Source: the human T2T-CHM13v2.0 reference genome, Homo sapiens
Strand: one strand, 5' to 3'
Assembly: GCF_009914755.1 (NCBI RefSeq)
Contig: NC_060930.1
DNA: 64,000 nt
Shown: piece after piece, positions 26,162 to 40,728 of the stretch
Numbering within the stretch: position 1 is the first letter of the stretch
Layout: each line of letters opens with the position of its first letter
Position numbers and translations under genes: made by a program
Notes under the pieces: model-generated
What the model saw: the letters and a program-made list of their open reading frames with translations, nothing else
Told to the model about the DNA's origin: nothing
Databases searched by the model: none

Positions 26162-27119
26162 AAATTACAAAAGCCATGAGCTGCTTTTATGCTGAAAATG
26201 ATCATTTCTCTGTTCACTTACTGACACTCAAAGAAGGGTTTCTTGCTTTCTTAAACATTGCCGTAAGGCAGGCTAGAAATGTAATACTTCAAATGTTAGA
26301 TGATTATGGTCTTTTGATAAGAGCAGATTCTGCTTGGTATATCCAGGCACTCTCTAAGGTCTAGGGTTGATATTAACAAAGGAATGTATTTCAGAATAGC
26401 AGTACATTTTATGCAAATATGGAAATTATTTTAAGAAACAATGACACATTAAAACTGCTTTTCATTTACATGATTTTGAAATAGACTAGAAAGCTTTCCC
26501 TATAAACATATTAATATTCCAATCATAATTTTAATTCAAGAATGCAGTTTTACCAAAAGAAAAATCTGAAAATTTATATTCAGGCTACTGGAATTGGTTA
26601 TTAAAAGAAAAAGGAAAAAGAAGAATCCTGCTGCTTTCAGTATTTCCTGATTTCATTTTTGTAAATATAAAGGAGAATTTCAATTATGAAACACTTTTAA
26701 AAGATACATATATCTCTATACATATGTACTGTTTTGTTTCCTGTTTTGAAGATTTTGAGTTATAGTTATTGTTTTCAGACTGATTAATTCACATATGCTG
26801 TGTTTTGAAATAAGATCCCATTAGCTGTTTTTTTTTGTTTTGTTTTTTTGTTTTTGTTTTTCAATATAAAGTGTTTTCTTCAAAAGTCTGATATTCGTTT
26901 GTGGCCTAGTGCCTTGGATTTTATATATTTTTCTTTTTAAATGCAAAACCTTTTCAACAGAATAGTGTTTGTCATAAGGTTGGTACTAAGCATTTATAAT
27001 TACTGTGTAATTATAAACAAAAATACATAAAGCTTTGAATATAGTTATGTAGCACTGCAGTTAAGGTTGTTCACTATGATGGCATCTTAGAATTAAACAA
27101 AACTTTTACTAGGGCTGAA
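23969..27119 (+). pseudogene. Processed pseudogene of DCUN1D1 (DCN1-like neddylation E3): 5' UTR, CDS remnant 24018-24794, about 2.3 kb of 3' UTR
   Basis: Intronless MNKLKSSQKDKV...[14 protein letters not shown]. +1 frameshift in the A-run 24085-24091, stops at 24175, 24217, 24277, 24436 and 24451, -1 frameshift near 24617. 15-bp TSD aagaatattgctgct at 23954-23968 and 27120-27134, at a TT/AAGA L1 endonuclease site. ATTAAA at 27092-27097. Confidence 0.96.
26078..26161. repeat. Compound (TG)n(TA)n(T)n microsatellite inside the DCUN1D1 retrocopy 3' UTR
   Basis: Seen directly. Confidence 0.95.
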
Positions 27120-27143
27120 AAGAATATTGCTGCTAGAATCCTT

Positions 27144-27216
27144 TAAAATAAATCTTAAAATACATACAAGTGTTTTGATGTAAAATAAATCTTAAAATAC
27201 ACACAAGTGTTTTGAT
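27144..27216. repeat. 37-bp tandem duplication
   Basis: taaaataaatcttaaaataca(t/c)acaagtgttttgat occurs twice. Confidence 0.95.
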
Positions 27217-27734
27217 CTGTTAAAATGTAGGCTGCAGGCTTGATAACATGAGCTGAAGGGCAAATCTAGCCTCTATGACTTCTGAAAAAAAACTTTCCCA
27301 AACTAACTCAGTCAATTGACAGCACAATTAAACTTGGAAACACACAGCCCTCTGCTTCTCAGATCACTGAGTTCAGGCTCCATAAGCCATGGTTTCTCTT
27401 TTTGCATAACACATATGAAAGCTCAATTACTGGAAAGTTTTGAAATAAATACCATATATAGGAAGTAGTGAGAGTGACCAAGATATAAACACATATTCTT
27501 ATACTATTTGGCTTAGTATTATATTTAGGTGTTTTTCACTTAAATGAAGATTATTTTTTAATTTGCAGACTGGTGGCACATCTTAGAAAGGATCAGAGAT
27601 ATCAGAGCAAGAATAAAAGTCCTGGAATCTCCATTTGGTTTCAGCACAAATTGCCTCAACAAATCACCTTTAGCAGAGCTATTTAACTTCTCTGAAAACC
27701 AACTGCTTTGTTCTTTGATAAAAAACAGTGTCAG

Positions 27735-28037
27735 GGCTGGGCGTGGTGGCTCACGCCTGTAGTCCTAGAAGTTTGAGACAAGACTGGACAACATGGTGAA
27801 ACTCTGTCTCTACAAAAAATACAAAAAATTAGCCAGGCGTGGTGGCTTGCACCTGTAGTCCCAGCTACTCAGGAGGCTGAGGTGGGAGAATCCATTGAGC
27901 CCAGAAGTCAAGGGTGCAGTGAGCCAAGATGGTGTCACTGCACCCAGCCTGGGAGACAGAGCAAGATCCTGTTGCCCAGGCAAAAACCAAAAACCAAAAA
28001 TCAAAACCAACCAAACAAACAAAAAACACACAAAAAA
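27735..28037 (+). mobile_element. AluJ with a left-arm deletion
   Basis: Alu match with a CA-rich tail. Confidence 0.85.
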
Positions 28038-29197
28038 GGCAGAGAGGTACTCAAAACACTAGACATTTATCATTAGTTCTGGTTTTGTCACCAAATTTGA
28101 ACATTTAGACAACTCACTTAAATTTTTGATACTTTTTACTTTAATTTTTCCATAAGAGCTAACATGAAGCTTTTCTTTGGCATATCCAGTACAGAAAGGC
28201 TGTCATATCACTTACTACATTTTACAAATACATTTTGCAGTTAATATGATCAAGAAGAGGATTTCAAAGGTAAAGGGCAAGGACAATCAATTCCATAAAT
28301 ATGCAATTTACAAATTAGAATATTGTAAACAAATTTTAAAAATTGAGATATGCATAGTAATTTTGACATTTATTTTTGTTAAGGGGGATAGCAAAGGAAA
28401 TGCTAGTAACAGTAACATATTGAAAGGAACCATGACAAAAATATCTCAAACCAAAAAATGACACAAATGCCCTTGATACATAATTTGAAATGGGATAGGA
28501 GAAGCAAAGGCAGGCTGTATTGTAGACTCTGACTTCAAGCCAGGAGGAATAATTCTACTACAACTATGTTTTTCTTTTGTGAAAGACTGCTCAGAACATG
28601 AGTAGTCAAGACTACAGAGTTTTCATAGTCTGGATGATGGTGCAAATAAAAGGTATGCTTCTATAAAATAAAGGGAATAGTTAAATTACTATGATAAAGC
28701 GAGGAAATAAAAGAACTACTAAGAATGAAGATACTAAGACCTACTTCCAAGTCCTGAAATTGTTGTTTACTTTCTAAACATTAACTAATGCACCACTCTT
28801 CTAAGGTGTTAGTTTTACTCAGATACCAGAGGTTAAGTGACTTGCCTATGGCCTTATACTAAAATGGCAGCAGAGGAGAATTTACAGTCAGAACTGGTGG
28901 CAGATTCCCATCCACAGTTTGCAAGATCATGCTGATGTCCCATGAGAGAGGTAGTATAATTTTCAATCAGCCAGCAGAGCTGCAAACTGCTTGAACCAGT
29001 GCTTTCTAAGGCCAATAGTACCCATGTTATCAAATGAAAACAACAGGGCACAGAATTAGAACTGCCAATCAGTCATTTTCTCCAAGTTTCCCATTGGCAA
29101 CTCTAATATTCTTTCCTCTTTCTGGCTTGTTTACTTTCACACAATTTTGTAGAGAACTTCCAAGAGTGAGAGGATTTAGAATATGAAGCTGGTTTTC

Positions 29198-29500
29198 GTG
29201 TTTTTTTTTTTTTTTTTTTTTGAGATGGAGTCTTGCTCTGTCACCCAGGCTAGAGTGCAGCAGCGCGATCTTGGCTCACTGCAACCTCCGCCTCCCCGGT
29301 TCAAGCAGTTCTCGGCCTCAGCCTCCCGAGTAGCTGGGATTACAGGCGCCCACTACCACCCCTGGCTAATTCTTGTATTTTTAGTAGAGATGGGGTTTCA
29401 CCATCTTGGCCAGGCTGGTCTTGAACTCCTGACCTTGTGATCCACCCGGCTTGGCCTCCCAAAGTGCTGGGATTATAGGCATGAGCCATGGCGCCCAGCA
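29198..29500 (-). mobile_element. AluS
   Basis: TSD gaagctggttttc at 29185-29197 and 29501-29513. Confidence 0.93.
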
Positions 29501-29829
29501 GAAGCTGGTTTTCATCTCTTTACAATGCAGTTTTCTTTCCAGGTGGCTTCCGACAAGCCAAGCCAAACATTTAAGATGGTCAAAACGAATGCTTATAACT
29601 TAAAATCGAGGAAAACTGCATACCCAAATGTCTAATAACAGATAACTCACTAAATAAATTATGATATTTTATATGAGGGAATATAGTGTAGCCATTAGAA
29701 ATTATTCTTGAGAACAATATTTAATGCTATAAATTATTAGGCATTTATAAAATAACAGAAGATATTTCTATAAGAAAAAAGTGACTGTGCGTGTAAATGT
29801 ATGAAGAAAAAGTCTCTAAAGGAAAAAAA

Positions 29830-31410
29830 GAACTGTAAACAACTACTGCATTTTAGTTAGCATCTGCTTTTTGCAAGAGTAAGGGCTAGTAATTCTAAAA
29901 CTACAACACTGAATATTCTAGGATTGAGGAGCTAAATAAATATATCTTTATTAACAATAGTGTGATACCTTACAGGTAGAAAGAGGAGTTATTAATAAAA
30001 AAGGAGGAAGACTAAGTGAACCCTTTGGTCTTAGATTGAAATAAGAGGTATAAGAATGATAAATATAGATGTTTTTACACACACATACACACGGGAGGTA
30101 AATGGACATGCAAATAAATACAAATGTCTGTGTATACATACTTACATTTCCTTGCTTTGTACACAGAGGGCCTAGAAGCAAAGACACCCAAGTAGCAATG
30201 GAATGCAGCAAGCACCCAGATTTTCTATTTTTGAGACAGGATCTAACTCTTATCACCTGGGCTGGAGCACAGTGGCTTGATCATGGCTCATTGCAGCCTT
30301 GACCTCCTGGGTTCAAGCAATTCTCTCACCTTGGCACCCCCTACCATCCATCACCACACCTAGATAATTTTTAATTTTTTCGTGGAGATGGGGTCTCACT
30401 ATGCTGCCTAGGCTGGTTCTGAACTCCTGGCCTCAGTGATCCTCCTGTCTTGGCCTCCCAAAGTGCTGAGATTAAAGGTATGAACTGCCATGCCCAGTCC
30501 AGATTTTAGTTTCTACAACCATTCTCTAATAAAAGGAACCAAGTTTCTTAAAAACAAAATGGCCGATTCCAAAGCTGGGGCAGGGACAGCACAAGATGCC
30601 AGAATGCAAGGTAGTATTCAAGAAACACTGGGGTGAGTCTATACTTACATAAATAAATAACTGAATAAAGTAAATAAATGGGGGAGAAGGGAAGTTCTTC
30701 CTTATAGTATAATTCCAGGAATGACTAAAAAAGAAAATCACAGTAGTAATTGTTCTGGGCAAATATCACAAATGGATGCTGAAAATAATGTTAAAAACTA
30801 TGACAAGAAACAGAATATTTATATAATCTCAAAGTTTCTCCCCAAATATATTTATTAATTACAAAAGAAAAAGTAACTCTATAGTGAAGAAGGCTGGCAG
30901 ACATCACCTCAATTGTATAAAGTCAATATCATTGCCATACACATCTGTCATAAGCCTCCTGATATGATACACTAAGAGGACAAACCATCACTGCTGTGGT
31001 ATTCTTGACAAAGAATACCACAAACTTAAATGTAATCAGAAGGAAACATCAGGCAAATCCAAACTGTGGGATAACTCCATAAAATAACTGCTTGGTACTC
31101 TTCACAAGTGCCAAGAAAGACAAGAAGACTAAGGCGACATGACAACTAAATGAAACGTGGGATCTTGAATTGGATCATGGTACAGAGAGAGAAAGGGCAA
31201 TTATTGGGATAAAATTCATACTGACAAAATTTGAATAGGTCTGTAGATTTGTTAATAGGACTGAACCAACACCGAGTTAAGATGTTACCTTTAGGGGAGG
31301 CTGGGTAAAATGTACAAGAAAATTTCATTGTAGTATTTTACAAACTTTTTGTAAGCTTGAAATTATTTCAAAACGAAAGTCTAATTTTAAGAAAATTAAA
31401 AATTCATTGA
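29830..31410 (+). mobile_element. L1MC (MC4-like) 3' region interrupted by an Alu
   Basis: ctctaataaaaggaacc...aaaatggccgattccaaagctggggcagg and aaggaaacatcaggcaaatccaaa, A-rich end. Confidence 0.7.
30221..30499 (-). mobile_element. AluJ nested in L1MC
   Basis: Antisense Alu with ccagatttt on both sides. Confidence 0.88.
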
Positions 31411-32934
31411 AAAAAAGAAAAGACCCTCATATTCATGTGGGTGAAGGTATAATTACTATGAATGACTTTAATTTTAGTATGCTGCTTTTCCAAATTATCT
31501 ACAATGAAGCATACTATTTTTATAATTAAAGAGAAAACGATTTCTCTTTAAATGCTGTTTAGAAGGATCAACAATATTTAAGAAATATAAATATTATCCC
31601 AGACACTGTATATAAGGATATATATAGATATATATACTGTATAAATATATATACTGTATATAAAAATATCTAATAGAGGCTAAAAGTACCTGGCTGAATC
31701 CTTTTCCTTAAAAGTAAATTTAGAAACAGACTCCTTTAAGAAATTTCCTAGATTATTATATGGCTTTTGAATCATTATTGACTGAGTGCTAAAAATGAAT
31801 CAATGAACTGATCACGCAATATAGGTTTTAGAAGTAATATACATATAAAAATTACAATGTACAATCAATATATCTGCAAATATAAAAATTTAATTCATCT
31901 TGCCACTTCTCTTCAACCCTTTCTGACCCCAGAGTTCATTAACAAGTTAAGTGTTTGAGAGAGGAAAGGAAGTTATAGGAAACACAAATGAGTATCCAGG
32001 GCAACAGCTAAAACTTTAGGACCTTTAACCTTTGTGAAGTGTGACTAATAAGCAGTAGCAAATCACCTTCCTCAATAAGTAAACCATGTGTTAGTTACAA
32101 AAGAGTGTAAAAACGTGTTACATGTTTATTATAGCCTTACTTCCCTTCCAATTTTGATAACTTGAGCTTACTCTATTTTTTAAATAATTCTTCAGTTTCT
32201 AAAACAATAAAATTGTTATTTTTGGTAACAAAAATGTTTGAGGCCAATTTTAAAACATTCAAACATTTAAGAACAGCATAAAGAAAAAAATTAAAAATCA
32301 CCCCAATTCCTGCTGCTCAGATACGGCTACTGTTAATCTTTTGGTGGACACCATTCTGGATCTCCTCTCTGGGTATATGTTCATATACAGATATGGACAT
32401 TCTATACAAATGTAGAGTTCATAAATGGAATTGTAATATTTTGTAGTGTTCTGATAACCTGAGAGATACTTAGGTTATTTCCAAGCCTTAACTTTGCAAA
32501 TCATTTCATAATGTATATTCTTGTACATATATAGACTAACTTACTCTACCTTTAAAGAACTTAAATCTTTTGAAAATTTTAAAAATGGGTTTTATGAAAA
32601 AAAAAATGTTTAGAAACATGTCCAAAAAAGGTATAAAGTAGAAAATCGAAATCCTTTATAATCGCAATCCTTTAGGTATTCTTCCCCCACCAAAACCGGC
32701 TCTTCTGACAATCATCCCCCAGTAATGTCAGCTCCATGCTTCTAGTTGCTATGGAGAAAAGCCTTGAAATAATCTTTGGTTCCTTGCTTTCCCTAAAAAC
32801 CCTTGTTCAATTCATTAGAAGAGTCTGTTAGTTCTCCTTAGAAAAATATTCAATATCTGACCAGTTCTAATCAACCTCACCCATACTAACCTGCTCAAAC
32901 CACCATCATTTATTGTCTAGCACTACAGCACTTA

Positions 32935-33250
32935 AGGTATAAAAAGGTCATTGATATGGTTTCAGATTCCATATTGCAACTAATCTTCAAGAAATATCAC
33001 TTGTCAGATTCTAGTGTAGCATTAAAGAATACCCACAATTATCTGAAAAGGCTATAAAAATACTCTTCTCTTTTTAAACTGTTTACCTCTCTAGGCTGGA
33101 TTTTTTTCATATACTTCAACTAACACATCCTATTGCAACAGACATTTTATGTTGATTGTAAAAGAAGATATATAAATCTAGTTGATCTCTTAAGTTGGAG
33201 ATTAAAGATACTTGCAAAATGTAAAAACTGCAATACTTCTCACTTTTTTT
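32935..33250 (+). mobile_element. Charlie1-type hAT transposase remnant
   Basis: gaatacccacaattatctgaaaaggctataaaaatactc encodes EYPQLSEKAIKIL (hAT dimerisation region). Confidence 0.75.
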
Positions 33251-33289
33251 TATTGTTTTAACCATCTCTTTTGACCTTTTTTACAATAA

Positions 33290-33700
33290 GCCTCTTTGAT
33301 ACTCCTTGAATATACCAAGTAACTTCCTACATGCAAACTTTCTTAGTGTTTGAATACACACCTCCAGAGACCCTACGGTTCACTCTCTTCTTTCATTTTT
33401 AGTTAAATGTTACCTTACCAGTGAGATAGTTCCTGAATACCATATTAAAAAATGGTACAAAACATTACCCTCCGTCTTTCTCTTTATTTATTTTACCATT
33501 CTTTATTTTTTTTAAAAAATAGCAGTTATTGAAAAATGGCAGTTATTACCTATTAATTTATATTTTAAATTGTCAGTCTTCCCCGTCTTGAGTGAAAGTC
33601 CGTTAACAGAAGGGACTCTTCTGTCTTGTTAATTATTATATGCTCAGTGCCTAGAAAAGTATCTGGCACGTAGTTTGCCTTCAATATGTTTTAGTAGAAT
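33290..33700 (+). mobile_element. L2 3' fragment
   Basis: cagtgcctagaaaagtatctggcacgtagt terminus. Confidence 0.55.
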
Positions 33701-33896
33701 GGGTGACTAAAACTGTCATCTTATTTCATTTATATTTGCTTTTACTTTGGAAATTCTTGATATGATCAACCAGTTGTTTCTCAACAATGCTACCATAAAG
33801 TTGTTAAATGCAAGTACATTTTATCCTAAAACTAGAAAAAAGAGGGCAGGAATGATGGGAGAAAACACACATAGGTATTAGAAATGACTTTCATAC

Positions 33897-34121
33897 CTGA
33901 CATACTCTGAGAGCTTGGTCCAAGACTGTTTTGGTATCAGTGTCATAATCTGGGCAGGGTAGCATGGCTCGGCTGAGATGTGCCTGTAGCAGGAGATGTG
34001 CTTTGGTGTGAGGGCTGTCAAATGAATGAGGATTTGATTCAATGGGAAGACATTTTGCCAGTTCACTATTCATATGATCTTCATTGTGTCTCACTGGCAA
34101 ATCTGTATATTCTTCTGCATC
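33897..34121 (-). CDS. ASCC3: ASCC3 exon (DAEEYTDLPVRHNED...DTKTVLDQALRVCQ)
   Basis: Within ORF 33891..34265. Poly-T tract and CAG acceptor (AG at 34122-34123), donor gtatga at 33891-33896. 225 nt, phase 0-0. Sec63 motifs LPVRHNE and HTKAHLLLQAH. Confidence 0.97.
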
Positions 34122-36133
34122 CTGAAAAAAAAAAAAAGCCCCACATTGTTGGATCAAAGTATAATAATTAATGTACTTCTTAGCTTTACTGACATTTAAA
34201 ACATGGCTCAGAAAAATCATACAATAACCATATCCCTTAGAATTTTGCTTGTTCAATATTATCATTAATACACAAGCAATGTATTAATGATAGTGAATAA
34301 CGTACAATCTGTGAAATTCATGAATGTTCCTTTGTATTTATAGTCAACAAAAATAACAGAGTATTTACTAGGCATCACACACTATACATGACACTGGGGC
34401 CACAGCAGTGAACCAGAAACTGAGAGGTAGATAAAAAAATTATATAAAGTGTAATAAATGTTACGATATGGTAAAAGTACAGAGTGTTGAATGGCAATTC
34501 AGTTTGGGGGACCTTCTTATTTTAGAGGGTGAGGGAAAGCTTTCTGAAAAAGTGATGTTTAACTTAAGATCTTGTGAATGAATGGAAGAAATAAGACAGG
34601 GCTGGAGAAAGGGGCAAGGATAAGATTGGCAAGATGAGAAAAGGGTAAAGAGCAGAATTATTACTTACTATTTATTGTAACCAATTAGATCATACAGAGA
34701 GTTAGATTGTTCTGGAATGTTTTGATTTTTCATCTTAGATTTTTTAGGGTACAGTAGTGAAAAGTAGTCTCCATGATATCAGTCAATAAGTGCCAACTGA
34801 ACCTACAAGCGAAACTAGAACTGTTCTGTTAAAAAATAGACTGATCTATTTATTAGCGTTTGTTGTGAAACAAACATCATATTTTTCCAAATATGTAGTT
34901 ATTTGAGATTGTCCATGGATGTTGATATGAATCCTACATCAGACATAGCATTAATTGGATATGTTAATATTCAAACAGGGGCTGGATTTATCCTCCTACT
35001 GCAACTGCCAACTTCCTCCAAAAAATTAAAAAAAAAAAAAAGACAAAAACCTATGAAACAGTGGTCTTCCAGATGCTGAACATAAAACTATGAAAGAGAA
35101 TGATCTCTGATATATAGAAAACAAACTAGGTGACCCTTAGCATTGCCTCAGCTTACTGCATGGAGCGTTACCACACTGTGGTGTAGTGAGAGAGAATCCA
35201 GGTACACCTGGAGGACTACCTGTATTGAGGAGATGAAGACAACCTTGCCTAAGTAGTGGAGAATAATTAGCTCTACGACAAATATTACTCTAGACCTGCC
35301 CAGCAAATCAAAAAGCAACACCTAAAAGGATCAAACAGCTTCCAAGTAAATTAACTGCATTCCAGAACAGAGCTCAAGAAGATTTATAGGAATACAAAAA
35401 ATACAGTACTCAAGAAGGTGAAATTCACAATGTATGTCATCCAATTAATGATTATCAACTATGCAAAAAAACAGGAAAAGAGGATCTATAACAAGGAGAA
35501 TAATCAATCAATGAAAACTTAGGACTGACATAGATCTTAGAATTAGCAGACAAAACAGTTGTTACAACTGTATTTTACATATTTAAAAAGTTACTGACAA
35601 CTACTCAATTCAAATTTCTAGAGATGAAAATTACAATGTCTGAGATGAAAAATACACTGAATTTTATTAATGGAAGAATACACATTGAAGAAATTTGTAA
35701 ACTTAAAGACATCAATAGACACTATTAAAAATGAAACACAAAGAGAAAAAAGAATTTAAAAAATCAACACAACATCAATGAGTTGTGAGACAACTTCAAG
35801 TGGCCTAATGCACAGTGTGGAAGGAAGGGCAGAAAAAAGTTTGAAGATATAGTCACTGGAAAAGGTCTAATTTGATATAAACTATAAATCTATAGATTCA
35901 AGATATTCAACAAACCTCAACCAAAGAAAAATGAAGAGAACTATACAACCATAATTCATCACTACTGAATTGCTCAAAATCACTAATAAATAGAAAATAT
36001 GAAAAGCAGCCAGAGGAAACACTATGTTATGTACAGTGGAAGGAAGATAAGAAACCAGGTTTCTCATCAGAAATAATGCCATAAGGCAACAGTGAAGCAA
36101 CATGTTTAATTTACTGTAAGAAAAACAACTGTC

Positions 36134-36466
<333 letters not shown>

Positions 36467-36791
36467 CTAAATTCAGTGAAAATAAATCTTTCAAAAGTGA
36501 AGAATTTTCAAACATACAAAAGCTGAAATAATTCAGCTGACATGCTTAATGTTAAAGTCATTGTTCAGGCAGAAGACAAATTATACCAGATGAAAATATG
36601 GATCTACACAAAGAAATGAAGAGCACTAAAAGTGGTAATTTCATGGATAAATATGTAATAATTTGTTATTACTATTTTAATATCACTCAATACAAAATGA
36701 TTGTTTAAACAAAAATAATAAATAATGCATTATGGAGTTTAAAATACATAATTAGAGTTTATTATCTACATAATAAAGCATGACCCAACTA

Positions 36792-37126
36792 CAGTTGTCC
36801 CTTGGTATCCATGGAGGATTGGTTCCAGGACCCCCTACAGATACTTAAATCCAGATACTCAAGTCTCTTATATAAAATGTGTAGTATTTGCATGTAACTT
36901 ACACATATCCTCCTGTATACTTTAAGTCATCTCTAGATTACTTATAATACTTAATACAACGTAATGCTATGTACATAGTTGTTATACTGTGTTGTTTGGG
37001 GAATAATGGCAACAAAGAAAAGTCTATACATGTTCAGTACAAATGCAGCCATTTTTTTATGAATATTTTCGATCTGCAATTGATTAATCTATGAATGCAG
37101 AACCCATAGACACAGAGGACCAACTA
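36792..37126. mobile_element. MER2 (Tigger-family MITE)
   Basis: cagttgtcccttggtatccatggaggattggttccaggaccccc...cagaggaccaact, TA-flanked. Confidence 0.88.
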
Positions 37127-38764
37127 TATATGTTTGCCTACTACCAAACACGCACTAATATACATATATAAATACATGTATATATGTGTAGATATGTATA
37201 TATTAATGTATAGAGAGACAAATATGTTAAAAGTAAAGGAATAGAAAAAGATATACTATGCTAACAGTAGTTCAAAGAAAGGCAGAGTGGCTATATTAAT
37301 TTCAGATAAAGTACATTTCAGAGCAAAGATTATCATCATGGATAAAGACGGTAACTTCATTAACTATAAAGGAGTCAATCAATCAGAAGGACATAACAAT
37401 CTGAAACATTTATGTCCTGAATAACAGCTTCAAAATCCATGAAAAAAAACTTGTAGAAGTACATGGAGAAACAGAAAAAAAATCAGAAGTATTGCTGAAG
37501 ATTTCAATACCTATCTTTTAATAATCACTAAAACAAGTCGAAAAAATCAGCAAGAATATAGAATTGAACAACACTGTTAACTAAGCTGACTTGATTGACA
37601 TTTATAAAACACACAACGCAATAAGAGTTGAATATATTTATTCTCAAGAACACAGAGACTATTTACTGAGATCATATTAGAGGGCCATAAAAACAAATTT
37701 CAAGTGATACTTTGACTGCAAGAAAATGAAATGAGAAACCAATGACAGACAGATCTCTGGAAAATCCCAAATATTTAGAAACTAAGTAATACACCTCTAA
37801 CTCATGATTGAAAGAAAAAATAAAACAGGAAATGAGAAAGTATTTTGCACTGAATGAAAATAAAAATATAACGTCTCAGATTTTGTGGGATATCATTGGA
37901 ACAGTACTTAGGAGGGATTTATAAAACTAAACATCTATATTAGAATTGAAGAAAGGTCTCAAATCAGTGACTTTTGTGTCCACCTTAAAAAACTAGAAAA
38001 AGAACAGGAAATTAAGTCCAAATAAGCAAAAGAAAGGAAAGGATGAAAATTAAAGTGAACAAATCACTGAAATAGGAAACAAATACAATAGAGAAAACAA
38101 ATGAGACCAAAAGCCGGTTCTTTAAGAAGATCAACAACACTGATACTCCTCTAGCAAACAGATCAGGGAAAAAGGAGAGAAGACACACACCAATATCAGG
38201 TATAAGAGGGGTGACATAACTACAGGTTTTACAGATACTAAAATAATAATTAAAAAATAATATGAACAGCTTTATGCCTTTACCTGTAAAAACTAAGATG
38301 AAATAGATAAACTCCTTGAAAGACAAAAAAAAAGAAGAAATAGAAAACTCAAGAAGAAATAACCTGAAAATCTTTACATGTATTAAAGAAATTCAATTTG
38401 TAGTAAAAAATCTTCTGACAGAGAAAACTCCATGCCCTGATAGCTTCCCTAGTGAATTCTATCAAACATTTAAGAAAGAATTAAAACCAATTCTGTAAGA
38501 ATTTTCCTGGAACATCAAAGAGACAGAAATATTTCCCAACTAATTTGATGGCACCAGTTCTGTCCTTATGTCAAAACTAGACAATAACATTAAAGGACAA
38601 GAAAACCACAAAATATCTCTCATAAACGTAAAAATTCTAAACAAAATTTTAGCAAATTTAACAATATATAAACAGAATAATACATCATGACCAAATGAAG
38701 TTTATTCTGGGGATGCAGGATTGGTTAAACACTCAAACATCAATAAATATAATTCACCTTATAA

Positions 38765-39206
<442 letters not shown>

Positions 39207-39328
39207 CATAAATGGCACTTCTGAGAAATCTATGGCTAACATTTAATAGTGACAGACTGAATGTTTCTCCCCTAAGATCTGGAACAAAACAGGGATTTCT
39301 GCTTTCACCACTACTACTAATTATTCTC

Positions 39329-39613
39329 TTTTTAAAAAACAGAGATAGGGCCTCACTCTTGTCGCCCAGGCTGAAATGTAGTGGCACAATCATAGCTCAC
39401 TGCAGCCTCAAACTCCTGGGCTCGTTATCCTCTCACCTTAGCCTTCAGAGTAGGCATGCACCACCATGCTTGGCTAATTAAAAAAAATATTTTTTGTAGA
39501 CTTGGGATCTTACTATGTTGCGGAGACTGATCTCAAACTCCTTGCCTCAAGCAACTTTCTGCCTTAGCATCCCAAAGCGCTGGGATTACATATGTGAACC
39601 ACCATGCCTGGTC
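39329..39613 (-). mobile_element. AluJ
   Basis: Antisense Alu inside L1 ORF2. Confidence 0.85.
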
Positions 39614-40195
39614 TGCTCTTACTATTTCTATTCAACACTGTACCACAGGTTCTAGCCAGTACAATCAGGCAACAATAAGAAATAAAGGCATCTAGATTGG
39701 AAAGGAAGAGGTACAACTATCTTTATTTGCAGTTGACATGACCATCAATGTAGAAAGTCCAATGATATTTAAAAAATAAGTTTGGCAAGGGTGTAGGATA
39801 CAAAATTAATATACAAAAATTGATTGTATTTTTCTGTATATTTGGAACCAACAATCAGAAATAAAAAAGGAATTCATGATAACATTATATATATGAAGTA
39901 CACTTAGAGATGAATCTGATAAAAATATGAAAACCTGGATATTGAAAACAAAACAAAGAAAACACTGCTAGGAAAAAATAAAGAGGATCCAACTAAATGA
40001 AGGGTTATACCTTAATTCTCCCAAATTGATCTACAGATTTAATACAATTTCAGTTGAAGCTGCAGCAGGCCCTATGTTGTGTGTATTAGAAATTGACAAG
40101 TTGATTCTAAAATTCACATGGAAATGTAAAGGACCTAGAATAGCCAAAAGCACTCAGGATAAAAAGACCAACGTTGAAGAGCTAGCCCTACATTA

Positions 40196-40728
40196 TTTTT
40201 TTTTATAGTTTAATGTATTTTAATAGCAAACTTACAGGAACAGCACAGAAGACAGACAACATTAAAAACGTGCTTGCATGTAGGACAACTCAGAAAAATA
40301 CAGTGAACGGATGCAATCTACTGTATGATAGAAATGCAACCAACATCATTTAGTTGCTGTCAATAAGAAATTTACTTGTTTAAAAAAAATCCAAATCCTG
40401 GCATTGTCCAGAAAAATTTAACAAGTTTATTTATAGTTATCATAAAGCTGAATTGCTGAAACTTTTTCACTGAAACATTTTGATTTGCATTAATGCTTTA
40501 TGTCTCCACATTTATATTAAAAATTCACACACAAATAAAAATGGAAAAACTGCCAATACCTGATTTCTGTCCCCTATTTTTTTCATTCACAATCATATAC
40601 TTAGGTACCTTTTGACCCCATGGAAAAAAATATCTAGTGTTCACAACTACCACAACAGGAAGAAGATAATTTTTTTTTGAGAATGGAATATTTCCCATCA
40701 TGATGGATTCTTAAGCATGTTCTCCATG
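40196..40728 (-). pseudogene. 5'-truncated processed retrocopy of H3-3A (H3F3A, histone H3.3): last 5 codons plus the whole 3' UTR
   Basis: The reverse complement reads CAT GGA GAA CAT GCT TAA GAATCCATCATGATGGGAAA...CCATGGGGTCAAAAGGTACCTAAGTATATGATT...GCTATTAAAATACATTAAACTATA-polyA, matching the recalled H3F3A end (RGERA* with CpG decay). T-tract at 40196-40204. Degenerate TSD agccctacatta (40184-40195) / agcactacatga (40729-40740). Confidence 0.9.

Noticed and set aside
25890-26217. ORFs with CVCVCV / THTHTH runs
   Set aside because: Translations of the compound microsatellite.
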